A stretch of 64,000 nt of DNA from Azolla caroliniana (GCA_043228905.1 JBHGNT010000012.1:5828001-5892000); one strand, 5' to 3'; positions 48,048-61,234 are shown, counted from the first letter of the stretch. Notes: generated from the sequence alone by a model not told the origin. Made by a program: numbers and translations.

Positions 48048-50075
48048 ATGGAGAGCACAATGCATCGTGTTGTCTTTGCCATGTTGGACGATGAATTGGA
48101 GGATACATCATGGTCGTCCAGTACATCGTTTGTATCTAAGGATGAATTGGAGATGCCTTTTGAGTCATCTGATTCCGATCATGAGGATGAGGCGGTGGAT
48201 CCCTTCATGTATTGTCCCCCCCAAGTATTTGTTAGGAAACAGGTCCCTCTGGATGGGAAGTGAGAAGAATAGTACTAATGAGCAAACTCGGCCGAGGCCG
48301 AAACTGGATGAGGAATACCCAGCCATGGAAGACTCGGTGAGAACCGGATGACGAGTACCCAGCTACGGAGAGCCGGATGGTGCAGACCCGGTGAGAACCG
48401 GATGACGAGTACCCGACTACGGAGAGTCGGATGGTGCAGACCCGGTGAGAACCGGATGACGAGTTCCCAGCAAGCGTCGGATGATGCAGGCCCGGTGAGG
48501 AGTGCTCACCGGATGAAGGGACATATCCATAAATATGTTTTCTAAGAGTCCATCGGGGCTAGTATAAATATGACTTAGGGCAAACCTTAGAGTGTTGTTG
48601 TTGTCATTCTTGTTGGCGCAAGATTAGAGCGCGCAACTGTGTACAGAGAGAGTGAGAGAGAGAGGAAGAGGTCGTTGCCTCTGATTGTAACCGCCGCCTG
48701 TGGCGAAGATAGCAAGCTCGAGGTCGTGGCCTCGGTGCTTTCTTATTGTACATTCTGACATAGTGATAGTTCGCGGTCTGTGGGTTGCCGTGGTTTTTCC
48801 CGAGTTTGGGTTTTCCACGTAAACATCCTGTGTACTCTTTTCTCAATCGTGTTGTGTTTCATTCCCTGTTTTTTTCTTTTCTTTGTTTTATTCTAGGCTC
48901 GGTTGTGGCCGAGCGTTGAGTAACGGAGCGTGTAGTTCCTGTCAGTATTTTGCATTCTCAAGAGGTGCATATGATTTGATGGTTAAAGATTTATCGGGAC
49001 AAGTTAAGGTAACATTAGAAGCATTACATGATGTCGCAAGGGGTGCACCTCTCAATCTCCATGCATGGAGGCGCATGAAGAGTCGTCTCATACTCGAGAA
49101 TGAGAGTGCAATCTACCTTAAGGCATCACCTAATCTTCAAGTAATATATGTCGAGAAATGGAGGAGGTAGTATTAGCGTCACATGGTGACGCATCACATC
49201 ATACATTTTCAAAGACTCTTAAAGAGTTAAAGTAGGATTACGTGACTCATGTACATGATTATGGCATCACAACGGAGTACGTAAAAGCACTCATTAGAAT
49301 TTGTGGTTGCCAAATGGTGTCGAATGAAGGTTTGGGATCGAGCATGGCCAAATATAACAAGACCCTACCCATAGAAGTGATCAAGGTAGAAACCCACTAG
49401 TTAGATGTTGCGGTCACAAATTTGCAAACCAAGTATCATACACGCTTAAGGAAAGGAGTCAAGAAGGGTATGTGTGTGACTAGGTATAGTTGTCATATGC
49501 TGGGACATCTCGACTTGCGTCTAATTCCACTTGTCGACGTAGGTGCACACGTCGATGTGGGTGTACATTCCATGTGGACATTAGAATGAATGATGGGGTT
49601 GACAATGAGACACTGGCCATTTCAATGTATGGACCTCATAGTGGTCATGTACCATGTAGCAGGTCGGATGTGTACCATTTGCCAGCACACTCCAATGTCA
49701 TAAGTTGTTGCAAGGATGACCTATTTGACGACGTAGGTGCACACGTCGATGTGGGTGTACATTCCATGTGGACATTAGAATGAATGATGGGGTTGACAAT
49801 GAGACACTGGCCATTTCAATGTATGGACCTCATAGTGGTCATGTACCATGTAGCAGGTCGGATGTGTACCATTTGCCAGCACACTCCAATGTCATAAGTT
49901 GTTGCAAGGATGACCGATTTGATGTTGGGTGTGCAAGGCATGTGGCATGAATGAGCATGCGTAAGCAAGCATATTATAAGTCCAAGGCTAGTCCATCAGA
50001 GCTTGTTAGCTATAGGTTCTTTATTATACCAAAGGAGGTCCATAACATGGCAAATGGGTTAGAAATCGGGAGTGC
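48048..50075 (+). pseudogene. Decayed transposase-like N-terminus (H2C2-like plus WRKY/FAR1-like zinc ribbon), split by a solo LTR
   Basis: SHGDASHH...ICGC-like motif; RRCTRRCGCTFHVDI...HSGHVP; 194-bp tandem duplication 49535-49922; no DDE core seen. Confidence 0.45.
48230..48944 (+). mobile_element. Solo LTR of a Copia-B-related family
   Basis: TGTTAGG...CCTGTCA, 5-bp TSD GTATT on both sides, CCGGTGAGAACCGGATG repeats and U5 similar to 9335-10032. Confidence 0.9.
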
Positions 50076-50264
50076 CATGACTCTTATATGTAATGTGTGT
50101 TTTTATCCACATTGGACGGTGGAGATGGAACGCACCCGCGATTCCCTCACTTGCCCTCTTAAATTCTTGGTAGTACATATGTAGTTAGTAAGGAGCCACC
50201 ATCACCCATCAAAATCAAAATCACTCATAGTCATCATCATGATTCATGAGCCATCAAAATCACC

Positions 50265-50380
50265 ATCAACCATGACCATGACCCATGACCCATGACCCAT
50301 GACCATGACCATGACCATGACCCATGACCATGACCCATGACGCATGACCATGACCATGACCCATGACCATGACCATCATC
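50265..50380. repeat. (CATGAC/CCATGAC)n repeat immediately upstream of the TRAX start
   Basis: Seen directly. Confidence 0.9.
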
Positions 50381-50401
50381 ATGTGAGAAGCACAGAGAGC
50401 T

Positions 50402-50567
50402 ATGAGGTGTGCTGCTGTGTCCCGGCCTATCGCTTCTGCTTTCTTCGCTTCCACGAGCAGTGCTCTTGCCACATCAAAATCCTCGTCCTCATCATTATCA
50501 TCATCTTCATCTTCATCTTCATCTTCATCTTCATCTTCATCATCATCATCAACAATGGCACTTGTCG
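50402..50567 (+). CDS. TSNAX: TRAX exon 1 (predicted); second in-frame ATG at 50555
   Basis: MRCAAVSRPIASAFF-polySer-TMALV, phase-1 donor G/GTTAGT compatible with exon 2. Confidence 0.6.
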
Positions 50568-51104
50568 GTTAGTATCGCCCTGACCTCCCCTGTTCCCTCT
50601 CAGTTTTCTTCTTGCTAGCTATGGTTTCTTCCCATTGTCATGCATCCTAATTTTAGGTATTGTTACCCGTCTTTTAGTGTTTCGCACATGTGTTTTTTTA
50701 AAATTTATTTTTTTACGGTCACTTTAGGGTTTCTTCTTGCTCTTCAGATGGTAGGTTTTTTTCTTTGCATGTATTCTGGGTTCTTGTTTCTTTTAGGGTT
50801 TTGGGATTAGTGTTTCAAGTTTTGGGTTTTTCCCTCTCTCCTTTTTACTGTAGACGTATAACTTCTCAAGGTTTTTTAGCGTGCCTACAGTATTCTCATG
50901 CAGAGTCCTTGTACTCACATGCTTGTTTCAATCCCAACTCATAGTCATTGAAAGTTAGTCAGATTTTGGATCAAACATAGTGAGATGCTTCGGTTGTGTT
51001 AGGCTCAACATAACATTTAAGGGATATAATGTGGAAAGGTGTTTAAAGTCCCTTCAAATGATGTTTATGATAATGTTACAATGCTACATGTGAAATGCTA
51101 GGAT

Positions 51105-51180
51105 CATAGAGCCCTAATGCCTAAGGTTTGGGACGTCGATGATAGAGGCCATGGGTTCAAGTCCCTCCAAGTGATGTTTG
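51105..51180 (+). repeat. Decayed tRNA-derived SINE-like head in TRAX intron 1
   Basis: B box GGTTCAAGTCC at about 51154, weak A box upstream. Confidence 0.35.
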
Positions 51181-52188
51181 GCCTTTTGTATGATTATGAC
51201 AAGTGGATGATTATAGGAGTAAAGCCCAACTTCTACAAGCATTCTCACAAAACAATCAAGATGATCTCTTGTTTGTCTCTAACCATAACTTCACATTCAA
51301 ATAACCCAATTATGGAGATGGATTTTTTATTCTAGAGCAATTGTCTACACAATCCACATCACTTGGATTTTGAAGGAACCAAACACTTCCAATGGCTCTA
51401 AATTCTGTGTCAGGATGAGAAAGAGAAGATATGCCTTAATTTGTTTGTACTCTTGATAATAGAATCTTGGTTTCATCCAGGAGATATAAGAGCACATTGA
51501 TACGTATAAGAGTAACTGGAAAAATACTTGAAGGAGAAGAAAATAGTGCGGATGGCGAACAAGTTGGAAAAGATTAACGCTTAGACGAAAAAGAGAAACA
51601 TTGGGCTGAAACATGATGCTGAAAAGGAATAATTTAACCACTTGGTAGAACTTTGTTCAAGTTTTTTAATAGTAAAGTAGGTACTGCATGTTTTTTAAAG
51701 GAAAGAACAGTTTTCATGTTGTTGCATTTCACGACTGTAACAAGGCCTTGTGAGCAACTGATTGACATAGAATTGAGAAGAGTAAATAATGACACATAGT
51801 AGATAATTCGAGAGAATTTGAAGAAGAGGGGAAAAATAAGCTGTGTGAAAGTTAAAACATTAGCTCTGAATTAAGATTATGTTATAGCAAAAGATAGGAG
51901 ATCCTAGAGCAATAAAGAAGTGTTATTGTTGGCGCTCTATGGGGCTTCTCAGTCATTAAATGATTCTTCACCAAAAAATTCAAATTTTTATCATTGTGGT
52001 TTAGGAACATGTCAGACATGAATTGCACTTTGATTGCTGTCTATGAGCGCGTGCCAAATTCTTGTGATTAAGAGAGTTGTAACTTTTTTTTGTGGATCCA
52101 GGTGCATCCACTGAGGTGATGTTTAGTTTGATCTTATATCAACTCCTTTTTGTCTTTTTATGATAAAATTACCTGTGTTTAATCGCAG

Positions 52189-52268
52189 ATAAGAAGCAAA
52201 GAACTATGTTTACTAATAGTGCCTTCAGGGAGCCATTTGAACAGTATGCAGAAACTTTGACTGCCATG
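52189..52268 (+). CDS. TSNAX: TRAX exon 2
   Basis: AG/(D)KKQRTMFTNSAFREPFEQYAETLTAM/GTAAGT, similar to the plant TRAX N-terminus. Confidence 0.85.
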
Positions 52269-53638
52269 GTAAGTAACACATGTTTTAAATTCAGGATGGC
52301 ATGACTTGTAGGTGATTGTAGGATAAGATCAGAAAATTTTAGCTTAATACTTGCTATATCAATTTAGCATTATGTTCACGATATTTTTTTCTTTAGTATG
52401 ACTTGTGTTTCGAATATGCAAAGTCTTTGTAATGTACTTCAAGCTCACATACTTTTCGTGGTGTTGCATAGGAATATATTACTTGGAGATGTGTCTGTGT
52501 GTATATTCCATTAATTGTCATGGATGCAAAAGCTTAGAATTGTAATTCTTGAAACCATGTTATGTGGGACTTCTCTTATCATGGAAATGAGGATGGAAGA
52601 ATATTTGCACATTTTGGAGTTGAGGCTAGAAGCCAATGATTCACTGTCTTTTAGGCTGTTAAGGATGTCCAGTTTGATCTTTTTGTATCTAGTCCCGTGC
52701 ATTCAAGATAATGCTCTTGGGTTTGCCTTTGACCTAGGGGACTCTCTTAGAGTGTATGTATATCCACTTCAAGAGGGAGGTGTAAAGGTAGAATGAATAT
52801 CCTCTAATACATCCAGTACAGCACATTCTACTATGGGATGCCAAATGACAGAAAGAATCTAGAAGTTTCAGTTTTCAGAAAGATGTTCTAAGTCATAAAA
52901 AAAGCATTATTAAATTCATGGAGAAACATGTGGTGTTCCCATTGGTATATGGAGCTATTTGATGATTGCTTCCGTAAAGTGCATGGCTGTTTTTCTTCTT
53001 TCACTTTGTCCAGTTCCTCTATTTTGTTTGGGAGTGAGTTTATCCGCTATCATGAATTGTGTTTGCAGGTGCACTCAAACACCAGATCCTATTAATAAAA
53101 GAGATTGATTGAGAGTGTAGACTGAGAGTACAGAGAGTATAGGAGAATAATATTTATATAATTGTATTCCAGAAAACTTGAGTTACTGCCTATCCTTTTA
53201 CATTTGGAAGAACTTTGAATGTTTAAGTGGCAATGCCATGCATGCTGGCCAAGTAGCATCCATTGATGGATATGCGTACCTCTGATTTCTTTGAATTGTT
53301 GTTCACCTATGCCCCCTCAGGGGCATGAAACTTGGCAACTCTCCTTATTTCTTTCATTCTTGTGATGTCAACGTCACTCTGTTGTCTAAAATATCCACTT
53401 GTTGCCAACCTTCTCGTTGGTCTCCTATGCAGATACACTTCATATTTGTGTATATATGTGATTCAATGAGAATATTTGAACATTATGTTGCCAACCTTCT
53501 CTCTCGTTTGTGTAAATTTAGGTGTCAGCCATCTTGTTCTATTTGATTTGTTGTTATATGAGTTTGATGGTATATTCTTCAACATTTGATTTTCTTGCTG
53601 TTGATTGTGCACTAACAAGAGCAGTTTTATGGTATTAG

Positions 53639-53718
53639 CATGAAAAACGAGAGAGATTGGTGAAAGCGAGCAGAGATGTGACCATGTATAGCAAAAAAGT
53701 TATTTTCCAAGTTCATAG
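53639..53718 (+). CDS. TSNAX: TRAX exon 3
   Basis: HEKRERLVKASRDVTMYSKKVIFQVH(R), canonical splice sites. Confidence 0.95.
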
Positions 53719-54805
53719 GTGAGTCACTGGTTTATTTTCTTAAATTAAATCTTCAAATGATGCATCCATATAGAATATTCAATATGTTGTATTTCTAGTA
53801 TGGGTGCTGGAAGCTTTTGTTATATGACTCTGCATATTTGCAGCCTGAGACATATAAGTGAACATTTAGTTTGTTGTATTCTCTATAATAGGGTTGGTTA
53901 TACCTGGCTGGTTAGGGAAGAGTAATTCGCTCCAGATCTGGAGTTGTCTTCATGAGCCAAATCAGTAATTAAATGAGGATTTGGGTCATGGAGAAAAGGA
54001 CAAAGGGAGGGGATAATACTCCTAATAGGCCTAAAGAGGTGGATAGAATGGCGTGTCTCTGGCTATAGCATATCAATGCAGTAACTTCACAATGGTAATT
54101 CCAGTGTGCTCAAGCAGTAATCCCAACATCAAATGTAATCTAGCATCCATTACCCCATTGAATAATGTGCAAAAGAGTATGTTAGGATTATCGCCTCTAA
54201 TCAAACAAGTAAATGCTTTAATTGTTCAAATACATGCATCAACATACTACTTTTGTAAACCTTCAGAATGGCAACTGTGATGGTTTTTTTGTAACTAAAA
54301 AGGAGAAGAGAGAGTATGTACTATCTCTTCAGAATGTACTCTCTAAAAGAATGTACCTTCAGAATGGCAACTTGATGGTTTTCTATGACTGAAAAATAGA
54401 GGATATACTCTCTAACTCAACCAAATCCCTCAGAATTGAGGTTATCAGCTGGTTGGAATCTTAAAACCCATCCCTTACTAAGCCAGCATGGTCTATAAAC
54501 ACTCAGAATGCACAAGAACCATTCCTTCTGGTGTATCCATGTGTAACGAGCATAACGAAACTGAATGATCATATTCCTTTAGTTTCTGGATAAGTCAGTA
54601 TATATTATCATAGTTTGTTAGTTTCATTTATCATAATCAATGAAAGATCAGTCAAAGTGGTTGCAAAAATATTTGATGGGTTCCATAGAAATAATATGCA
54701 AGTAAAGTAGCCTATGAGATTGATAATCTTTTAAATTTATTTATCTCAACATTCTCATAAAATGTAAGGGATATGAAGTGGTAAAAATCAGTGTGGATGT
54801 TACAG

Positions 54806-54947
54806 ATTGAATTCAAATAATAGAGATGCAGTGTTAGAGCAGGCAGAGAAAGACCTCGCAGCAGTCCGATCTGATCATGTGATGCGTGTTGCAAAGGAAC
54901 TGCAGGGTGCTGAATTCTGGAAATTTCGAAAAGCATATTCACCAGGG
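54806..54947 (+). CDS. TSNAX: TRAX exon 4
   Basis: LNSNNRDAVLEQAEKDL...ELQGAEFWKFRKAYSPG. Confidence 0.95.
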
Positions 54948-57515
54948 GTATTTTAAGAATTACATATTTCTCTTTTTTTTTTCTTTTCCTTTACTCTCTC
55001 TCTCTCTCTCTGCATTTTCTGCAATGTTGCCCTAATCTCTGTATCCTCTGGTTATCTGAAATGTTGGCCTGATCTCTGTGTCCTCTGCCTTTTCTGCAAT
55101 GTCTTGTCCTTTGCGTTTTCTGCAATGTTTGGCTAATCTCTGTGTCCTCTTTGCCTAATTCCTGTGTTCTTGGCTTCCAACTGTTCCCTCTGCCCTTTGC
55201 ATTTCTCTGACCATCCCATGTACCCGATATCCTAACTATAGAACACCATGGATTCCAAATGGACAATGAATGAAGATATGGATCTCAACAACGACGAAGA
55301 TGGTCTAGATCCATGGAAGACTCCACGTAGATATCATAGAAGAAAAGGATGGGATGGAAGTACCCTAGGTAGCGCCAACACCCAAAATGCAGGTTTCATT
55401 CAATGTCAATATAAAATTAGAGGGGAAAGATGATCTATTGCATCATTTGATTATGCTAGAGATCAATCTTATGAGAGGCAATATAGAAAGATCATTAAGA
55501 GATGAAATGAACATGGAGATAGAGAAATAGAAAACAGAGTTTCATGTCTCTTTGAAGATGGAGTTATTAGAAGCCATACAAAAGGACATCACAAGCCTTA
55601 TCAAGAAATCAAACTTAGAGCTCAAGGATGACATGGTGCAATACCTAAAAGATAAAATATCCTCAAATAAGATTGAATTAGTAGCTATAGACGTTTATTT
55701 AGAAAAAGGACAAGAAGCAGTGGAAAATTGCATCTCCACAGTTAAAGCCAATGTAAGTCAGGAAAGACAAACATGGGTATCGATGGCCAAAGATACCAAA
55801 GCTCAAGCTGAACATGCTCAAGAAGAAATTAAAGCAAACACTCCCTCGATAGAGGTAGTGACAAAGCAAAAAGGAACATCAATGGATAAGATGGAATTGA
55901 TGAATGCTTCATTAGAAGAATAGGCCAAGAGGAAAGCTCGTGCATTACATGTATGCATGGTTGGTTGGCTGAGAAAGGAAGCATCACAAGAAGATGCCAA
56001 GAATCTCGGAACAAAGATTGGGGCATCAGCTATTCCATTTGCTTCGGCATGGAGGGTGGGAAGGGATGAGTCTAGAGCTAAAGACCGGATCATCAACTTT
56101 ACTGATATGGTAAAAAATAGAGCTTTCCTATCCAAAAGAAGGGTACTAAAGGGTGGCAATATATTTAGACGATGACCACACTCCAACCCAAGTGGCACAT
56201 CACAAAGAAAATGTGCCATGAGTGCTCGACACAAAAATATAAGGAATAGAGATGGTAAGGTCATTATTACAAAGAAGAGAGCCGCATGATGGTGTATGGC
56301 CTATGAAACTATACACATGACTATATGGAATTGCAATGGCTCTCTAAGGACAAATGCCAGGTATTTTGATGTTACCTTCAATAACACAAATATTGCTATG
56401 TATATAGAGACCCACCAATGCATAGCGAGTAAACTCCCAGATGTTATCTCCCATTAGGTAATCAATTGTGCTTGCTCCTCCTTTTGGGTTCCAACGTTTC
56501 AAAGCATCTGATCTGGGTCATTGTGACAATCCGTTATATATCACAAATCCATGTGCACTTCCCAAGGCTGGAAAGTGTTTGCCATATTCCGTTACTTCAC
56601 TCATATCTTGATCTTGTCTCTTTAGAACAACCTCATCTGGCATAACTTGTCCATAAACAGCCTCAGTGGTGTCAAGCATAGTTGTTTGTTCATCCTTAGT
56701 TCTTGCATTGAAGTCTCCTAATAGTATTATGCCCCCCATTGTAACAAATCTTATGATATCCTCATATAATGGTAGATATGGTGATTCTCCAAGAGGTGCA
56801 AAGCTTGATTAGGCAGATGGAAAGTAGCAAATTGCAATATATAGTTCCCTAAAATCCCCTCTTTTGATTCGTATCTACATATATGTGCCTCTACATCCTT
56901 ATGAACAACATACACTCTATTATGGAGCTTCTTTTTGTAAAGCATAGCCACTCCTCTAAAGCCTCTATTGCTTCTTGTCTCTGTGTTTGGTAACAACATA
57001 CCAACTCCCATCGATATTTTTACCTGAAATAATTGAGTTCACTATATATGGTAGACCTATTGGCTTGGCAGCAGATCATGCATATCTATGCTTTGATGTG
57101 ATTTATGGATGCACAAGTGATGTATATGCTGAGAAGGAGAGTGGGCTGGTTAAATACCAATTTACTCAGGAGACAATTGATGTGTATAGTTTTGGAGAAT
57201 ATAATGGCATGCCAGATTTGGATCCTTCCACATCCCTAGATGAAGTCATTGCATAAAGCAAACACAAATGTCTTTCCCCATACAACAGGCAATGCACCCA
57301 AACTTGGTGATGTGATACAAAATAGTTGGTATGATGAGAAATGTCATGCTACAAGGAAATGCTTGCAGCATGAAGTAACTTGGGATATTGAAACCCACAA
57401 ACAACAACAGCAGCCTTCCAACACCTCGTGAGGAAGAAGAAGAGATTGTATTTATTTAAATTTGAAGAGCACGTGTGTCGCTTATTCCTAGGACCATATA
57501 AAATATCACGGAAAA

Positions 57516-58108
57516 TGTTTAATGAGGGATGTTAGAAGTATTGAGAATCGATTAGATAGGCATATCGAGTTACATTCATAGAGATGTATATCTGAAAACA
57601 AACTTTCTATTATATATGAGCGTAACTGACAATGGTAGTCCACCCATGCTCTCACACCTTAGAGCTTAGATGGGATCTGGACTAGTCGACCACAAAATTA
57701 GTGGGGACAGAAAATAGTCGCAGCCATTGTGTAAGACAAAGATGGCGGATATTTATATTCTTTGTTTGGTCTTAGTGTCACATTGAATATGCAAGTCAGT
57801 TGATAGTAGTGGGGATATTCCTTTCTTGTCGACTGACTTGTCATTTAATATGTCCCAGCTCCCTAGATACAAGCTAGTGCTAAATAGTACTTATGTAAAG
57901 TCAATGGCATATGCTTAAAGACTAAGTACATCTTAACTTGCCAATAGAGAATATTATTCTAGTCGATCTGACTAGTTAATCCTATTACCCTACTTCCCTC
58001 TTTCCTAAATACATTCTGTCCTACTCATCTATGGTTTCTCACATTGACACCTCATCAACCCATATGGTCGGTTTGCACAATAGCTACTCCTCATTTGGGG
58101 TGCTATCA
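57516..58108. mobile_element. Probable solo LTR inside the intronic LINE
   Basis: TG...CA-bounded non-coding segment flanked by GAAAA on both sides. Confidence 0.45.
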
Positions 58109-59273
58109 GAAAATGTGCACTCTAAGGGGCAACCTACTCACAACTGACCTCACATAGGTTGGCATGAATATGCAATGGTATTATATGCTATCCCCAGGTA
58201 CCCCATCTCCCCCACCCACATGGCTCACATCCATGTGAATCCACCGTTTTTACTCCACAAAATGTTAGAAATGCCATTGATTGGCTACAATTTAAGGAGG
58301 CCCAGGATCATCATGGATTGGTAGGTGAGTACTTTATCTATGCCCGTGACACCTTGCTCCCATTGCAAGTACACATCTTTAATAGAGCTGCGTGAAGGCT
58401 TCCCTACTAGATGGTCAGAACATACCATAGTGCCAATCCTCAAGAGTGGAGACTCCATGATGCCAAGCAACTATAGGACAATCATGATTAGCCATTACTT
58501 GGCTAAACTTTATGGTTTGATCGTAGAGTCAGAATTGAGTATATGGGCAGGGCAAAATGGCCGCCTTTCAGCTGGACAACCAGGCTTTCAGAAGGGGTTC
58601 AGTGCTTTGGATCACCTATTGACCCTCTGAGCCCTTATTGGGGAAGATAGAGCCATCATAAGAGGATTTATTGCTGCTTTTTGGATTTCTGAAAAGCCTT
58701 TGACACTGCCATGTGCTCAACCTATGCCACGATGAGAAGCCCTTGGTGTCCCTATAGATATGTAATGGGGAATTAGGCACCCTATGTATCCATGTTAGGC
58801 AAAGTGGTCTCCCAATGGTTTGTCAGAGGCTGTGGCTAGTACAATTTGAGTAAAACAAGGATGCCTACTATCTATCACCCTTGTCAGTCTCTATATTGAG
58901 GAGGTATCACATTACATAAAGAAATTTGGGGGTTTGGGAGTATGCCTAGTGGGTATAGTCATACAAATACTAGTATATGCTGATGATATTGTGCTGATTT
59001 CCAACACTCCGGAGGGATTACAAAGACATCTAAACGCCTTAAGAGTATATTGTACGGGCAAAGGTTTGTCAATAAACATGGATAAAACTAAAGCAATGGT
59101 GTTTAACACCACTCAAGCATGGCAATATAAGAACCATATTTCTTCTTGGGAGAGTAAAAGGTTGCATTGGCACACTCCTACATGTACCTACACGTAACAT
59201 TCATAGGAGGCTGCTTGGGCCAAAGTTTTGTGTGGATATGCAGCGCTTTATTTGCACATTTGCAGTTTCAAGA

Positions 59274-59941
59274 GTCATGAACTTAAACTGTAGCTGTTTG
59301 ATAAACTTTTGACACCAACTCTCCTCTATGGAGCAGAAATGTGGGCACCGAGTCTTAACAAGGCAAACGATTGGAAATATTTATGACCTTTATTCTCAAT
59401 GATTGCCCACGTGATAAGGATTAAAACATTCGTGGCCTATGATATAACCCAGGTAGAGATGAGAGCAGCCCATCATTGAGGCATTATTCTGAATAGTTAC
59501 ATGTATCCAATGGCTTCAAGAGCCCCCTAAATGAAGGGGCTCAAGGTTTGGCACTTATATCATTAAAACAACTAGGTGAACATGAAGACCTTCATTGTTG
59601 GTATGGGGTCATGAACTTAAACTGTAGCTGTTTGATAAACTTTTGACACCAACTCTCCTCTATGGAGCAGAAATGTGGGGACTGAGTCTTAACAAGGCAA
59701 ACGATTGGAAATATTTATGATCTTTATTCTCAATGATTGCCCACGTGATAAGGATTAAAACATTCGTGGCCTATGATATAACCCAGGTAGAGATGAGAGC
59801 AGCCCATCATTGAGGCATTATTCTGAATAGTTACATGTATCCAATGGCTTCAAGAGCCCCCTAAATGAAGGGGCTCAAGGTTTGGCACTTATATCATTAA
59901 AACAACTAGGTGAACATGAAGACCTTCATTGTTGGTATGAG
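59274..59941. repeat. 334-bp near-perfect tandem duplication
   Basis: 59274-59607 repeats as 59608-59941. Confidence 0.92.
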
Positions 59942-61084
59942 GAAATGCTAAATATGGCCAAAGTGAAAAAGGATATAGTGATCTGAACTGATATTATTAA
60001 CTTGGAAAACAAGATAACATGGATGAGCCCCAAAATATCACCTTTGGTAGGAAGATTGGCCACAACAAGACACGTTTTACACACATCGGAGTATGGATTT
60101 ATCATCAGGCCATTTTGCATGGACATACATCTATCCTATGTGTTGCACAGTGTGATAGGGCAACTATGAACTTCATCACATCAGTTGGAGATTGAGGTAG
60201 GCAAAATATAGGGATACCTCTAGAAGAATGAATTTGGCAATTGTGTCATCAAGGAGTGGAATTTGAAGAACACATGTTTGTCATTGTAGTGTTTTTTATG
60301 AAATAAGAATGAGATACCATTGCCTCTTTAAGCAAAGGCTTTGGCCAACTATGCAAGTTAATGGAATATGAGGACCAATGGTGCTTGGGACTTTTCTTGC
60401 TAGAACTCAAGAGACACTAGGAAAAGTTGTTGAAGGACAAAAGTAAACCCACACAAGCTCATCAACAAAGAACAATCACAATTTTCTTTAGTCCCATCAC
60501 TTCTATTCATGTTACAAGTCAATCAAGGGCTACATAAATGGGCTCCCGACAAGGACATAACAAATGGGTTACAATAGATCAGACAATAGCAATTTGTCAT
60601 GCACGTAGGTCCCGGCCCTATGGTCCACGATCTCACCATCCTTGTCATCAACAGATGAAGGCCATTATCTCCCGCCATAACAGGTGCTTCCCTTGCTTCA
60701 GAGACCTCTCCATTCTGGATCGGTCTATGCTAGAGATCTTTCGAAGACAAAATTTATAATATTTCTGACTTGAGAATGTTACATGTGCCAATAATAAGAT
60801 TCTGTAGTTTCTTTTTATCTCATTTACATTTATGTTTACTTAGTAACATTTATTTTATTTTGATTTGTTCTCAATGAGGGTACCACTTAATATGTAATCT
60901 CATATTTGGTCTTATAGGCCATTTTGGTGTCTTAAAAGACATTAATATATCTTTCTTTGTTTCTTCTTTCTTTTTGTAACCCAATATTTCAGTTTTTAGT
61001 TTCATTCAGCAACAAAACTTTTACACAAAAACAAAAGCTAGAATGATTTTTATGACGGAATTTATGTCTTTTGTTTCTTGGTAG

Positions 61085-61234
61085 GTCCAGGAATATGTGG
61101 AGGCAGCAACATTTCTGGAATTTTGTAAAACAGGGAAACTTCTTACATTGGATGATGTGAATAACAGTTTCTTGGATCTTAAAGATGCATCTGACAATGC
61201 TTTCAAGTTGAATCTGTTGGATTATCTCCTTGGG
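61085..61234 (+). CDS. TSNAX: TRAX exon 5
   Basis: VQEYVEAATFLEFC...LNLLDYLLG; catalytic glutamates present. Confidence 0.95.

Larger units (their letters stand above)
43746..50173 (+). mobile_element. TIR-bounded DNA transposon (MULE-like or unclassified), decayed
   Basis: Imperfect TIRs: CCTCCAAAAATTGAAGAGGGAAAGTGAGTGAATCG...CACCGTCCGATGTGG versus the reverse complement of 50105-50173; TA flanks; internal Ulp1-like and zinc-ribbon coding remnants. Confidence 0.65.
55250..60800 (+). mobile_element. Decayed full-length LINE (RTE-X-like) in TRAX intron 4
   Basis: ORF1-like coiled coil (55552-56290), APE motif LLGDFNAR (inverted), RT motifs SNYRTI, KAFDT, KQGC, YADD, and C-terminal TSSHQLEIE...EEH. 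Confidence 0.75.

Noticed and set aside
50266-50618. His-rich and (IF)n or (HL)n ORFs
   Set aside because: Alternative-frame translations of the CATGAC and TCATCT microsatellites
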